Below, piece after piece: positions 9,074-19,437 of a stretch of DNA of 64,000 nucleotides; within the stretch, counting starts at the first letter, position 1, and each line of letters opens with the position of its first letter. The notes below the pieces were generated by a model. It saw only the letters and a list, made by a program, of their open reading frames with translations, did not search any database and was not told the DNA's origin. Position numbers and translations under genes: made by a program. Origin of the DNA: Candidatus Microgenomates bacterium (GTDB lineage Bacteria > Patescibacteriota > JACPGU01); the NCBI GenBank assembly GCA_016188915.1, contig JACPGU010000001.1:34111-98110 (forward strand), written 5' to 3'.

Positions 9074-9940
9074 TTAGAGTTCTCCTTCAGAAAAAGCGCG
9101 GAGGAGATCAAATTGCTCCAAGACGATCTCTTCCATCAAGGCCTGCTCTGCGTCGCTCAAAAAATACGGCAGAAAGGGGCGACTTTCCAGGAAATTAAAT
9201 CGCAGGCTCATCGTTCTTATGTCCATTCCTCTGGCCCAAGGAAAGGAGGGTCTCTCGCGAAAAGACTGCATTCGTCGTCGGTACCATGGTTCGGAATGAC
9301 GATCCTGCTTTTTTTCTTCAAATAACGGGATGACTTCGCCTCTTTCCTTGGCTTTTTCCCTGATGGCCCAGAGAACGCCACGCGCTTTTTCCACTGAATC
9401 GCCCAAGGAGTATTCGGGCTCAAAATTGGGCATAACCGGAATAATATGTTCGGCGAAATCAGCCGCTTCGTACGAATTGTAAAAAGGAATGCTGTCGTAA
9501 TATTCGGCTGAAAAATCCTCGGTGCCGTCAAAAAAATTATGAATGGCCGCTTCGAAAATTTCAGCTTGCGGGATATTTTCGCCGAAGGCAAACGAGCGAT
9601 GCAGGGCGAAGGGTTCGTCGTTGGTGCCGGCGCCGAGCAAGACCAAATGGGCGTGACGATCGACCTCTCCGGAATCGTTTTTCTGTAGCTCGCTTCTCTG
9701 ATAGACATAGATGATGCTGTACTTGGTATGATCCAAGGTGCGACGGGCGATATTGCAGAAAAAGCGCACTGTTTCCACGGGGAGGGCGGTATTCTTCTCG
9801 TTCTCTTTGACCTGGCAGGAACGATCATGAGGGATTGTGACGATCATCTCCATGTCAAAAACGCGATCTTCAGCTTTGGCCGGGCTTGCTCCGACCAAAA
9901 TCAGCAGAAACAGAAGCGACAACCATTTGGGGGTTTTCAT
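9074..9940 (-). CDS. Secreted hypothetical protein (signal peptide MKTPKWLSLLFLLILVGASPAKA); locally GC-rich.
   Basis: 288-aa ORF with a signal peptide. The internally overlapping same-strand ORF 9217..9828 is judged spurious. Confidence 0.5.
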   Translation of the reverse strand: MKTPKWLSLLFLLILVGASPAKAEDRVFDMEMIVTIPHDRSCQVKENEKNTALPVETVRFFCNIARRTLDHTKYSIIYVYQRSELQKNDSGEVDRHAHLVLLGAGTNDEPFALHRSFAFGENIPQAEIFEAAIHNFFDGTEDFSAEYYDSIPFYNSYEAADFAEHIIPVMPNFEPEYSLGDSVEKARGVLWAIREKAKERGEVIPLFEEKKQDRHSEPWYRRRMQSFRERPSFPWARGMDIRTMSLRFNFLESRPFLPYFLSDAEQALMEEIVLEQFDLLRAFSEGEL

Positions 9941-10074
9941 GGCTTACCATCCTTTTTTGGATTTATTTGACTGTTAAAGACCACTTCAGCCTTCCTCATT
10001 ATAGCATTTTAAAAAAACGAAAGCAAAAAATATCCAGCTGGAGATTTTTCTGATTTCTTGCTACAATCTCCTCT

Positions 10075-11381
10075 ATGGTTACTAGAAAAAATAAAATCGA
10101 ACTCCTCTCCCCCGCTGGAGATTTGCCGCGACTGAAAACCGCGGTGGCTTTCGGTGCCGATGCGGTTTATTGCGGCTTGCCCCAATGGAGTCTGCGCAAT
10201 ATCCGCGAGATTCAATTCAACGAGGAAACTATCCGCGAAGGTGTCACCTTCGCGCACGAGCGTGGAGTGAAAGTCTATGTTACCTGCAATATCTTTCCGC
10301 ACGAAAGCCATATCAAATTGCTAAAAAAAGATCTGGCAAAATTGAACAAGATCGGTTTTGACGGGATTATTCTCTCTGATATCGGTATGCTTTCTTTGGC
10401 AAAAGAATTTGCTCCGGATATTCCGATTCATCTCTCAACTCAAGCCAATACGACGAATTCCGAAGCGATAAAAATGTGGCAAGTTTTGGGCGTGAAAAGA
10501 GTAATTTTGGCGCGGGAGCTATCTCTCTTAGAAATCAAAAAAATCCACGAAGCCGTGCCGGACATAGAGCTGGAAATCTTTGTCCATGGTGCGATGTGTA
10601 TGGCGTATTCCGGGCGTTGTTTGCTATCCAAACATTATACCGGTCGCGATGCCAATCTGGGCGATTGCGCGAATTCCTGTCGATGGAAATATCAAGTAAA
10701 GAACAAGGCACCGGAAAAAGTTTTCGTGCAAGAAGAAAGTCGGCCGGATGACGCGCTGGAAATTTCGGAAGATGAGCACGGGACTTATTTTATGAATGCC
10801 AAAGACCTTTCCGCCTTGGATATTTTAGACCAAGTGCTGGATAGTGGCGTGGTCTCGGTGAAAATTGAAGGGCGGGCCAAAAGCATTTATTATGTCGGTA
10901 TGATTACGCGCCTTTACCGGCAAGCGTTAGATAGCCTTTACGCCGGTAAAAAAGTGGATGAGAAACTTTTTGCGGAATTGGATATGGTGGCCAATCGTGG
11001 TTACAACCACGGCTTTTTACTCGGTCGCGATGGCTATGAGCAAGAATACGATGTGGCGGCGATCAAACCAAATCTTGATTTCTTGGGACAAGTGTCGGAA
11101 GTTCAAGATTCAAAGTTTAAAAATTATGATATTAAAAATTCTTTAAAAATTACAAAATTAAAAATTAAAAATTACGTTCTTGTCGAGGTAAAAAATAAAT
11201 TTGCCGTGGGTGATGAGGTGGAAATAGTGACGCCGGACCAAATCGTTAAAACAAAAATTACCGAGATTTTTGATAATGGCAGTTTGGTTTCCGAGATCAA
11301 AAAACCCGGTGAAATGGTGGAAGTTTCCTTTGCTATAGGCGAAGGCGTTCCCCCCTACTCTCTAATCAGAAGGAAGAAAAA

Positions 11382-11385
<4 letters not shown>
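10075..11385 (+). CDS. Peptidase U32 family protein (collagenase-like; YhbU/RlhA family).
   Basis: ELLSPAGD...GADAVYCG...AHERGVKVYVT...FVHGAMC motifs typical of U32. Carries an in-frame KFKNYDIKNSLKITKLKIKNY insert from an AAAATT array. A TACAAT -10 lies 7 nt upstream of the ATG (possibly leaderless). Confidence 0.8.
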
Positions 11386-12780
<1,395 letters not shown>

Positions 12781-13596
12781 TTATTTTGGCAAATAAATAA
12801 CAGATAAATATAAAACGAATAATGATATCACCAGAACCATCAGATCTTTCCAGTCCCAAAATTTCTTTTTCTTCTCTTGCTCTAGTAGCTCCAAAGCATT
12901 CTTCATGGCAATTCTTGGAATAGGGAATCTTTTGTCGTTATTATAATATTCTTGTTTTGTGCCAATTCCGATTCCGCTCATATGAGCACTCTCTTTTATG
13001 GAATACAATAACCCAATAAAGTTGACTACCTCCACTTCTTTGTCTTCTTTTTTGTCTTCTTTTCTTTTAGACAAAGCATCCTTTATCTCCGCGAAGCTTT
13101 TTGAGTCATTATTTAGACCTAACTCTGTAATTATCTCAGATGCTCTATACGCTAAAGAGGCATTAGAAGAAATACAATTTTCGTATCTTTGAACATGTTG
13201 ATTGAAGCGCGAAATACCGACGCTAAGAGATATTAGAGACTCTATAAGCTCTTTGCTTATATAGCTTGCGTATGGACTAGCGATAGCACCTTGAATGCCG
13301 TGATTAGCCGTTATCTCGAATATATACACAAGGATACCATACCAACTTTTATATGTATTAGATTGCTCTGATAGCGGTAACTCAAAAAAATATTTTTTGT
13401 TTAACCATTCTCCAACCCACTCTAGCTCTTTTCCTAACGATACAAGAAAGCTATCGCGTATTTTTTTGTTAGCGGATCTAAAAGTAAACCATGCGACCAA
13501 AAGTGTCATAATAGTAGCCAGCGTTGCTGGATCAATGATTTTGGCCATCTCCCAAAAAGACATTATAAGTTTTATTTCTGTTAGTATTGATATCAT
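12781..13596 (-). CDS. Hypothetical membrane protein (N- and C-terminal TM helices).
   Basis: 271-aa ORF; the start is possibly internal. No recognisable domain. Confidence 0.4.
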   Translation of the reverse strand: MISILTEIKLIMSFWEMAKIIDPATLATIMTLLVAWFTFRSANKKIRDSFLVSLGKELEWVGEWLNKKYFFELPLSEQSNTYKSWYGILVYIFEITANHGIQGAIASPYASYISKELIESLISLSVGISRFNQHVQRYENCISSNASLAYRASEIITELGLNNDSKSFAEIKDALSKRKEDKKEDKEVEVVNFIGLLYSIKESAHMSGIGIGTKQEYYNNDKRFPIPRIAMKNALELLEQEKKKKFWDWKDLMVLVISLFVLYLSVIYLPK

Positions 13597-13661
13597 TAGC
13601 TGTCGTTATTGTTATCTTTACATTCTATCAAAAAAGCGGGTTTTTGTCCCGCTTTTTTGAA

Positions 13662-14162
13662 TCACACTAGTTCTTCGGATGTAAGTATATGTGTCAGCGG
13701 GCACGAGATGTCTCCATCTCCTCTTTTTACCACCACATAGCAACCAACAATCTCTGCTCCAGTGGGCTCGACGATTTCAATCATTTTTTTAAGACTACCG
13801 CCTGTAGTGAAAACATCATCGACAATCGCGACTTTATCTTTTTCGTTGGGGATATACCCGTCAATCCAATTATTTTTACCATGCTCCTTTGGTTTATCGC
13901 GAACCAAGGTCAGATGGATTTTGTGTTTAAAAGACAATGTTGTGGCGAGTGGCAGACCGCCATAGCCTCCAGCTACGATGCTTGTGATGCTTTGATCTAT
14001 TCTTTTCCACACTTCATCAGCCATCATATTTAGCGCGCCGGGATCACCGTAGGCCTTCTTGATGTCCACATAAAAATCTGCCATTCCGGCATTCTTCAAA
14101 TTCACTGGATTTTGATAAATAATATCCAGCTCTTGCAATTTTTTTATCAATTCATCGCGCAT
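13662..14162 (-). CDS. Phosphoribosyltransferase, orotate phosphoribosyltransferase-like.
   Basis: PRPP-binding motif VAIVDDVFTTGGS; size ~166 aa. Confidence 0.6.
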   Translation of the reverse strand: MRDELIKKLQELDIIYQNPVNLKNAGMADFYVDIKKAYGDPGALNMMADEVWKRIDQSITSIVAGGYGGLPLATTLSFKHKIHLTLVRDKPKEHGKNNWIDGYIPNEKDKVAIVDDVFTTGGSLKKMIEIVEPTGAEIVGCYVVVKRGDGDISCPLTHILTSEELV

Positions 14163-14190
14163 ATACTCGATCTAAAATCTAAAACTCCTA

Positions 14191-14586
14191 TTATTCCGTC
14201 GTTTTGCCATCAAAATGTTCTTCATTGGTCATCGCGTCTACTTTGGTCGGGTGGATAGTGCCGTCTTTATGCTCGGCGGGAGAATAAATGGTGTAGAGCT
14301 TCAATTCCACATCATTTGAGGTATTGACGATATTGTGTTTGACGCCTTCGGGGATAACGACCGCCGAGCCGTCGGTCAGCGGATGTTCCACATCGTTTAG
14401 CACCGCCTTCCCCTCCCCCGCTTCCACGCGGATGAATTGGTCGAGCGTATGTACCTCCTCCCCGATCTCCTCCCCCACTTTGAGCGACATCACGACCAGC
14501 TGACTATGGGGCGCGGTGTATAGCACTTTCCGAAAATTCTCATTGGCCAACGACTCTTTTTCAATATTGACTACATATCCTTTCAT
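14191..14586 (-). CDS. Cupin domain protein.
   Basis: Cupin_2-like G(x)5HxH...E...H pattern (GEEIGEEVHTLDQFIRVEAGEG...VVIPEGVKHNI). Confidence 0.65.
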   Translation of the reverse strand: MKGYVVNIEKESLANENFRKVLYTAPHSQLVVMSLKVGEEIGEEVHTLDQFIRVEAGEGKAVLNDVEHPLTDGSAVVIPEGVKHNIVNTSNDVELKLYTIYSPAEHKDGTIHPTKVDAMTNEEHFDGKTTE

Positions 14587-14668
14587 AATGAATTTTTAAT
14601 GATAAACATAATCCAATTATAGCATATACTTTTCTAATTTCTAAGACGATGTCATCTTAAGACACATG

Positions 14669-14698
14669 ACCTATAACTCACGACCGTGAGTTATAGGT
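14669..14698. promoter_or_regulatory. Palindrome B: ACCTATAACTCACG-AC-CGTGAGTTATAGGT, about 80 nt upstream of the cupin gene start. Same family as palindrome A.
   Basis: Perfect 14-bp arms; shares CGTGAGTTATAGGT with 3071..3112. Confidence 0.5.
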
Positions 14699-14756
14699 TA
14701 TGTGAGATGCTAAGAGCAGCTAGTTTGAGCAAGGAACTCCTTTTCGCCAAACAAAA

Positions 14757-14790
14757 AACCGCCCGAATGGGACGGTTTGGGTTGACGAGA
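14757..14790 (-). terminator. Rho-independent terminator (minus strand) after the tandem-repeat protein gene.
   Basis: On the minus strand ccgtcccattcgggcgg is followed by TTTTTTGTTT. Confidence 0.45.
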
Positions 14791-14805
14791 AGTTTTCTGG
14801 AGAGA

Positions 14806-15393
14806 TCAACTCTCCAATGCTTCCTCCCACCCTTTGATGATTTCTTCCAAGAGAGGCCTCACTTTCTCGCATTTCAGAGCTTCTTGGAATATCTTGATGG
14901 CGTCAGAGTCTCCCTCACGCACCAGATCCTTCAGGATATCAATGGCGTGGCGGTTCCCCTCTCTCACCAGATCCTTCAAGATCTTGATGGCATCATGGTC
15001 TCCCTCACGCATCAGATCCTTCAGGATATCAATGGCGTGGCGGTTCCCCTCTCTCACCAGATCCTGCAAGACCTTAGCGGCGATGAAGTTCCCCTCATTC
15101 ACCAGATCCTTCAAGATCTTGATGGCATCATGGTCTCCCTCACGCACCAGATCCTTCAGGATCTCGATGGCGCTGGAGTATCCATCATGCACCAGATCCT
15201 TCAGGTTATCAATGGCGTGAGGGTCTCCTGTCCGCACCAAGCTCTTCAAGACCCCGGTGGCGCGGAGGTCTTCTTTGCGCACTTGTTTTACCAGGTCCGC
15301 TATTTCTATTTCTTCTTCCCTCCTCTTGGATGCAAAACGTTCGAGAAGGGCATCAAGCCGTTCTTGTAAAGCCACCAGCAGTTCATTTGACAT
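14806..15393 (-). CDS. Tandem-repeat alpha-helical protein: about 8 copies of the 15-aa unit AI(D/K)ILKDLVREG(D/N)(H/R)(H/D), giving a 45/90-nt DNA period.
   Basis: G-rich RBS (aagggggggggaaagactg) before ATG 15393; terminator downstream. The antisense ORF 14686..15369 is also open but lacks start signals. Confidence 0.55.
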   Translation of the reverse strand: MSNELLVALQERLDALLERFASKRREEEIEIADLVKQVRKEDLRATGVLKSLVRTGDPHAIDNLKDLVHDGYSSAIEILKDLVREGDHDAIKILKDLVNEGNFIAAKVLQDLVREGNRHAIDILKDLMREGDHDAIKILKDLVREGNRHAIDILKDLVREGDSDAIKIFQEALKCEKVRPLLEEIIKGWEEALES

Positions 15394-15528
15394 CAGTCTT
15401 TCCCCCCCCCTTAGCCCTTTTATCAAGGAACAGTATTTCCCGATAATATATCGAGATATTGGCATTATGCTAAAAAACCCTAATATTAGCAAATAGTTAT
15501 GTTGTTTCTTGACCTATAGAAACTACTC

Positions 15529-15559
15529 AAAAGGGGCGGGTTAGAAACCCGCCCCTTTT
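15529..15559. terminator. Bidirectional terminator (aaaaggggcgggtt agaa acccgcccctttt) 3' of rplL.
   Basis: Perfect 13-bp stem with an A-run and a T-run. Confidence 0.7.
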
Positions 15560-15607
15560 GAGCTACTAAATTCTAAATCCTAAACACTAAATTCTAACCC
15601 CTAAACG

Positions 15608-15988
15608 CTATTTCAAAGCCACTTTCCCTCCTGCCGCTTCGATCTTCGCTTTCATATTTTCGGCGTCTTCTTTTTTCACATTTTCTTTGAGCATCTTCGG
15701 CGCGCCGTCAACCAAGTCCTTGGCTTCTTTGAGTCCCAATTCCGGCAAAACTTCACGGATCGCCTTGATGACATTGATCTTGGCTTCGCCCGAGGCGGTT
15801 AGCTCGACATTGAAAGCGGACTTTTCTTCAGCAGGTGCGGCTGCTTCTCCCCCGCCGGCTGGCATGGCTCCCATCATCATTGGGGCGGCCGCAGTCACAC
15901 CGAATTTTTCTTCCAAAGCCTTCACTAATTCAGCGACCTCGGTTAGCTTCAACTTTTCTATTTCCTCTACGATTTTGTCTATTGCCAT
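15608..15988 (-). CDS. rplL: 50S ribosomal protein L7/L12.
   Basis: [31 protein letters not shown]...[12 protein letters not shown] aggaaggag before ATG 15988. The ORF track extends to GTG 16036 through an AAAATT array. Confidence 0.9.
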   Translation of the reverse strand: MAIDKIVEEIEKLKLTEVAELVKALEEKFGVTAAAPMMMGAMPAGGGEAAAPAEEKSAFNVELTASGEAKINVIKAIREVLPELGLKEAKDLVDGAPKMLKENVKKEDAENMKAKIEAAGGKVALK

Positions 15989-16031
15989 GATAATCTCCTT
16001 CCTACAAATAATTTTGTAATTTTTAATTTTG

Positions 16032-16096
16032 CCCACGCCTTTGGCGGGGTCCCGCCTACTATTTTATTCTCAAAAAGATGTGGCGGGATAATTTTG
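16032..16096 (-). repeat. Copy 1 of the ~65-nt conserved core element, located in the rplJ-rplL spacer and flanked by AAAATT arrays.
   Basis: About 85-98% identical to 34252..34316 (same strand) and to 51235..51298 (reverse complement). Contains mutually exclusive GC stems: ggcggg/cccgcc/ggcggg. Confidence 0.8.
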
Positions 16097-16173
16097 TAAA
16101 TAAATCTTAATTTTTAAAAATTGAAAATTTAAACATTATTTAAAAATTCAAAAATTAAAAATTGAAAAATTTC

Positions 16174-16692
16174 TCAAACCTGTTTTTCCGAAACTGCCTT
16201 CAAAACATACACCAGTCTTTGGGCAAAATTGTTCATTGCGCCAGCGAAATTATTCCCCGGAGCTTTGACGACCCACAAGAGCTTGGTAAGCAATTCTTCT
16301 TTGTTTGGCAGGTCAGCCAAGGCCTCCATTTCTTCACGATTCAAGAATCGACCTTCATAAAATCCACCGAGGATTTTGATGTTTTCATTTTTCTTGCCGG
16401 CTTTCTTGACTTCTTTCGCGACCGAGACTTCGTCTTGATTGGAATACGCCAAGGCTAGAGACTCTCCACCGACGATTTCTTGGAGTTTTTCTTTGTCGCC
16501 AAAAGCCAATCCCGCCAGAGAAACTTTGGTGACAGTGAATTTCCCGCCTTTGCTTCTCAAAGTTTTTCTCAAGGAATCCAAATCTTCCATCTTCATTCCT
16601 CGATAATCGGTGAAAGTGATGGCTTTGGCGCCGGCAATCTGCTCTTTGATTTTCTCCAGATCTGATTGTTTTTGGAGTTTACTTTTCGGCAT
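16174..16692 (-). CDS. rplJ: 50S ribosomal protein L10.
   Basis: L10 family sequence; start MPKSKL with RBS aaaggaaaaag (ORF track start 16743). Confidence 0.85.
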   Translation of the reverse strand: MPKSKLQKQSDLEKIKEQIAGAKAITFTDYRGMKMEDLDSLRKTLRSKGGKFTVTKVSLAGLAFGDKEKLQEIVGGESLALAYSNQDEVSVAKEVKKAGKKNENIKILGGFYEGRFLNREEMEALADLPNKEELLTKLLWVVKAPGNNFAGAMNNFAQRLVYVLKAVSEKQV

Positions 16693-16847
16693 CGAAGCTT
16701 TTTCCTTTAAATAGATAATAAAAAAGGCCTTTTCCAAGACCAAATATGCATCGAAACGATGCTATTCCTGCGCGGGTCTTCTGTCTTGCGACTGCCTGCG
16801 GTCTTTGGAACTTTTTTCATTTTATCTCAAAAAATATCTCTCGTCAA
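16693..16847 (-). promoter_or_regulatory. Sigma70-like promoter (TTGACG-17-TAAAAT at ~16847-16819) plus ~120-nt structured leader upstream of rplJ; candidate L10 autoregulatory leader.
   Basis: Hexamers with 17-bp spacing on the minus strand; the GC-rich leader gcaggcagtcgcaagacagaagacccgcgcagg is atypical for this AT-rich genome. Confidence 0.4.
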
Positions 16848-16876
16848 GACAAAAAACATAACCCCCTTTTAGGAGG

Positions 16877-17470
16877 TTATTTGCCCAAGATGCGAAGCAA
16901 CTGGGCTGAAAAAGGTAAGGCCTGATGGCCATGAGTAGTCCAGGGAATATTCTGAACTAATTTCTTTGCATCATCAGGAGTAAGGGTGATGTTGCTTTGA
17001 GCAAGGCGCTGGAAGAAATCCGAGAGTTCTCTTTTGGCATTTTCCAAGATGCCCTCTTCCATCTGGATTCTTTCAGCTGCCAACCTCTCCCTGCCTCCTT
17101 TGATGTGAAGGAGAATTTGCTCAAGATTGAGCAAGATTTCTGGTCGATCCGAGCCTTCTTTTGATGACCCGAAAGATGATGGGAAAAGTTTTTCTATTTT
17201 TTCCAAAATATCACCTATGGCTCGGCCAACTTTCGTTCCGTCTCCCATGGCCATAATGTGAAAATCCTCACCCAATTCATCAGATACTTCTTTTTTGGCC
17301 ACATCAACCAAATGCTTAATGTCGCTCAAAAGTTTTTCGCCTTCCAGGATTGATCTCTTTGTTAAAAGAGCCTGGATATCGGTGAAAAGTTTGGTCAAGT
17401 GCCGATCTACCATCTGATACGCCAACTCCCATCCATCGGAGGAGCCGGTCCTTTCTTCTCTGGCGTTCAT
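16877..17470 (-). CDS. Hypothetical protein (197 aa).
   Basis: ORF only. Confidence 0.45.
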   Translation of the reverse strand: MNAREERTGSSDGWELAYQMVDRHLTKLFTDIQALLTKRSILEGEKLLSDIKHLVDVAKKEVSDELGEDFHIMAMGDGTKVGRAIGDILEKIEKLFPSSFGSSKEGSDRPEILLNLEQILLHIKGGRERLAAERIQMEEGILENAKRELSDFFQRLAQSNITLTPDDAKKLVQNIPWTTHGHQALPFSAQLLRILGK

Positions 17471-17613
17471 AGCGCTCTCCTTCTAGATTTTGGGATTTTA
17501 AGGCGGCATTCTTTCTCGTATGCTTATTATAGCGCTAATTAGTCTTCCTAGCAATGATTCCATTATCAAAAAAAGCGATTCCTATCTTTTGTGGATAGGA
17601 ATCGCTTGGCTTG

Positions 17614-19416
17614 TTAGCGCATAAGAATATGCGTTTTGAGTTTGGTGTTAAATTGATCTATTTTGGTGGCATTACCCTTGGTCGTCATCGTGCAATTGCC
17701 AAGTTTCGTTTTGCCGGTACATTCTGCTTCGCCAATTTTCTCACAATCAGTGATTCTACCATCAGAATCAAAAGACAAAGGTCCCTCCTGGTCGCAGATG
17801 GTAAAGATATCGCCTATCTCAATCGCGTCCTTGTCTCCAGTCGCAAGATAGCACCCCAGGGACATAGTGTCGTTGTTGAAGCAAAAGAAATCGTTCGGCG
17901 TAATCTCTAAAACATACGACTTGGTATTGATGGTGAATTTGTAATCGCAAGGATCACTCATGGCGAACAAATCATCGTTACTGCCGGAACAACCAGAAAT
18001 TTCAGCTGGCAAAGGATGAAAATGCAAAAGACTTCTATCCTTCATAAGCATATTGGGATGACGGCAGCCAGCAATAACAGAGCCTTTTTTCAAAAGGAGC
18101 TCCGATCGGCATAAAAAATAAAAAGACATTCTCTCCTCTACTTTGTCCGCGGTCTCAAAATTGTAGCTCTGACCTTCTGTTGATGCCTTGACTATTCGCG
18201 CGACGATTCTGCCGGATGAAGAGATTTTGTTTTCTTCATCTTTTAAAATCACCGGTCCATTAGTGCGAGGAGTTTCTTCTCCAGCTTTGGGCAGACGAGG
18301 CATTTCGCCAGTCAGCAAAAATGCCGAAGTGATCATTACATAGGGAATCTCCAGAACATAATTGGTAGTCTCACGCAGAATTTCTCTGTCAGTGAAAGAA
18401 AAATCATACCAACCATTGCGGTTTTTGATGATATCCAGCTCTTCGTATTTTTCTCCGTTTTTATAGATGATAAGGCTGGACATAGGATTGAGCAAAGAAT
18501 TTTCACGAGTCTTGAAGCGACCAAATATCTTTGCTTTTCCCTCCTTTACTTCAGAGACTATTTTGCTGGGAGCAGGATCTATCTCCAATTGAGTGATCCC
18601 GCGAGTAGCAATAGTAGAGTGCTCAGACAGAGCCGCCAAGATAGATTCTTGGCTTTTGGTGGCAGCTACAAAAGTTGCCACGCTCTCCCCTGTCGGCAAA
18701 TTAAAAGTGGAGCCAGCTAGTTTACTGTGATAGTCAGCTCCGCCGATGGCGGCTGGCCCGCTATCTTTATTCTGCGCGGACAAAAAAGCCCGGAGATGAT
18801 AGTCGTAATTGTCCACATAGCCAGTAGCGCTAACATCATTCATTAGCTCAAAGCCATCAAAAAGCCGTAAATTATCTTCCCATTTTCGGCAATCTTTCAG
18901 GTGGTTTAAGATGGTAAAAGATTTTTCGCCCTGTAAAATAGCTAAAACTTTTTCCAAATCTTCTTCTCTGTAGGCCGGGTCATAGAGATAGAGATTGGCC
19001 GTTTTGGAGATAGCGTTCAGATGACAATAGCTTTCAGCGGGAACTTTTGCCACCACTATTTCGCGGCCAGCGATAGCGACAAAATCAGAATCGTTCAATC
19101 TTTTTACTGCCTCTAGATAATCCCCAAAAGAATTCACCTCTGGATGCTCATGCGGATAAGGCAGAATATTGGCGAGCCGAATATCTTTATGTCCAGAGGC
19201 GTAGTCGGTCAAAAAACAATCCGCGTGGTCGGTGAAAATAATAGCTTCATAGCCTAATTTCTGCGCTATTTCTTTGACTTTTCGCGGGCAATTGGTGCCA
19301 TCGGAATAACAAGTGTGAACATGCACCCATATTGGCAACATTTCCGACGAATAAATCGCACCTGAAAAAATCAAAAAAAATAGAATCCCCCATATACCAA
19401 CAGCCGTTTTTTTCAT
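17614..19416 (-). CDS. Secreted/membrane-anchored PHP-domain metallophosphoesterase with a Cys-rich C-terminal domain.
   Basis: N-terminal TM segment/signal peptide. PHP motif IWVHVHTCYSDG...IIFTDHAD. The C-terminal ~150 aa carry >12 Cys. Confidence 0.6.
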   Translation of the reverse strand: MKKTAVGIWGILFFLIFSGAIYSSEMLPIWVHVHTCYSDGTNCPRKVKEIAQKLGYEAIIFTDHADCFLTDYASGHKDIRLANILPYPHEHPEVNSFGDYLEAVKRLNDSDFVAIAGREIVVAKVPAESYCHLNAISKTANLYLYDPAYREEDLEKVLAILQGEKSFTILNHLKDCRKWEDNLRLFDGFELMNDVSATGYVDNYDYHLRAFLSAQNKDSGPAAIGGADYHSKLAGSTFNLPTGESVATFVAATKSQESILAALSEHSTIATRGITQLEIDPAPSKIVSEVKEGKAKIFGRFKTRENSLLNPMSSLIIYKNGEKYEELDIIKNRNGWYDFSFTDREILRETTNYVLEIPYVMITSAFLLTGEMPRLPKAGEETPRTNGPVILKDEENKISSSGRIVARIVKASTEGQSYNFETADKVEERMSFYFLCRSELLLKKGSVIAGCRHPNMLMKDRSLLHFHPLPAEISGCSGSNDDLFAMSDPCDYKFTINTKSYVLEITPNDFFCFNNDTMSLGCYLATGDKDAIEIGDIFTICDQEGPLSFDSDGRITDCEKIGEAECTGKTKLGNCTMTTKGNATKIDQFNTKLKTHILMR

Positions 19417-19437
19417 TGCTCTCTCCTTGTCAGATTG

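Noticed and set aside
9217-9828. 203-aa ORF nested inside 9074..9940 on the same strand but in a different frame, and other long antisense ORFs overlapping recognised genes (7676..8128, 20093..20602, 31108..31884, 42809..43348, 59905..60333).
   Set aside because: Each overlaps a gene with clear homology or strong start/stop signals. They have no RBS or promoter features of their own and compositions typical of off-frame translation. Judged spurious.
14686-15369. Plus-strand 227-aa ORF across the 90-bp tandem repeats.
   Set aside because: It is the mirror of the minus-strand repeat ORF. The minus-strand frame has an RBS, a charged helical repeat sequence and a terminator, while the plus frame has none. 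Kept only as a note in the finding.
15257-15496. 79-aa plus-strand ORF between the repeat gene and the rplL terminator.
   Set aside because: It overlaps the 5' end and RBS of the minus-strand repeat gene. Its Ser/Arg-rich composition is typical of antisense translation of a G-rich leader.
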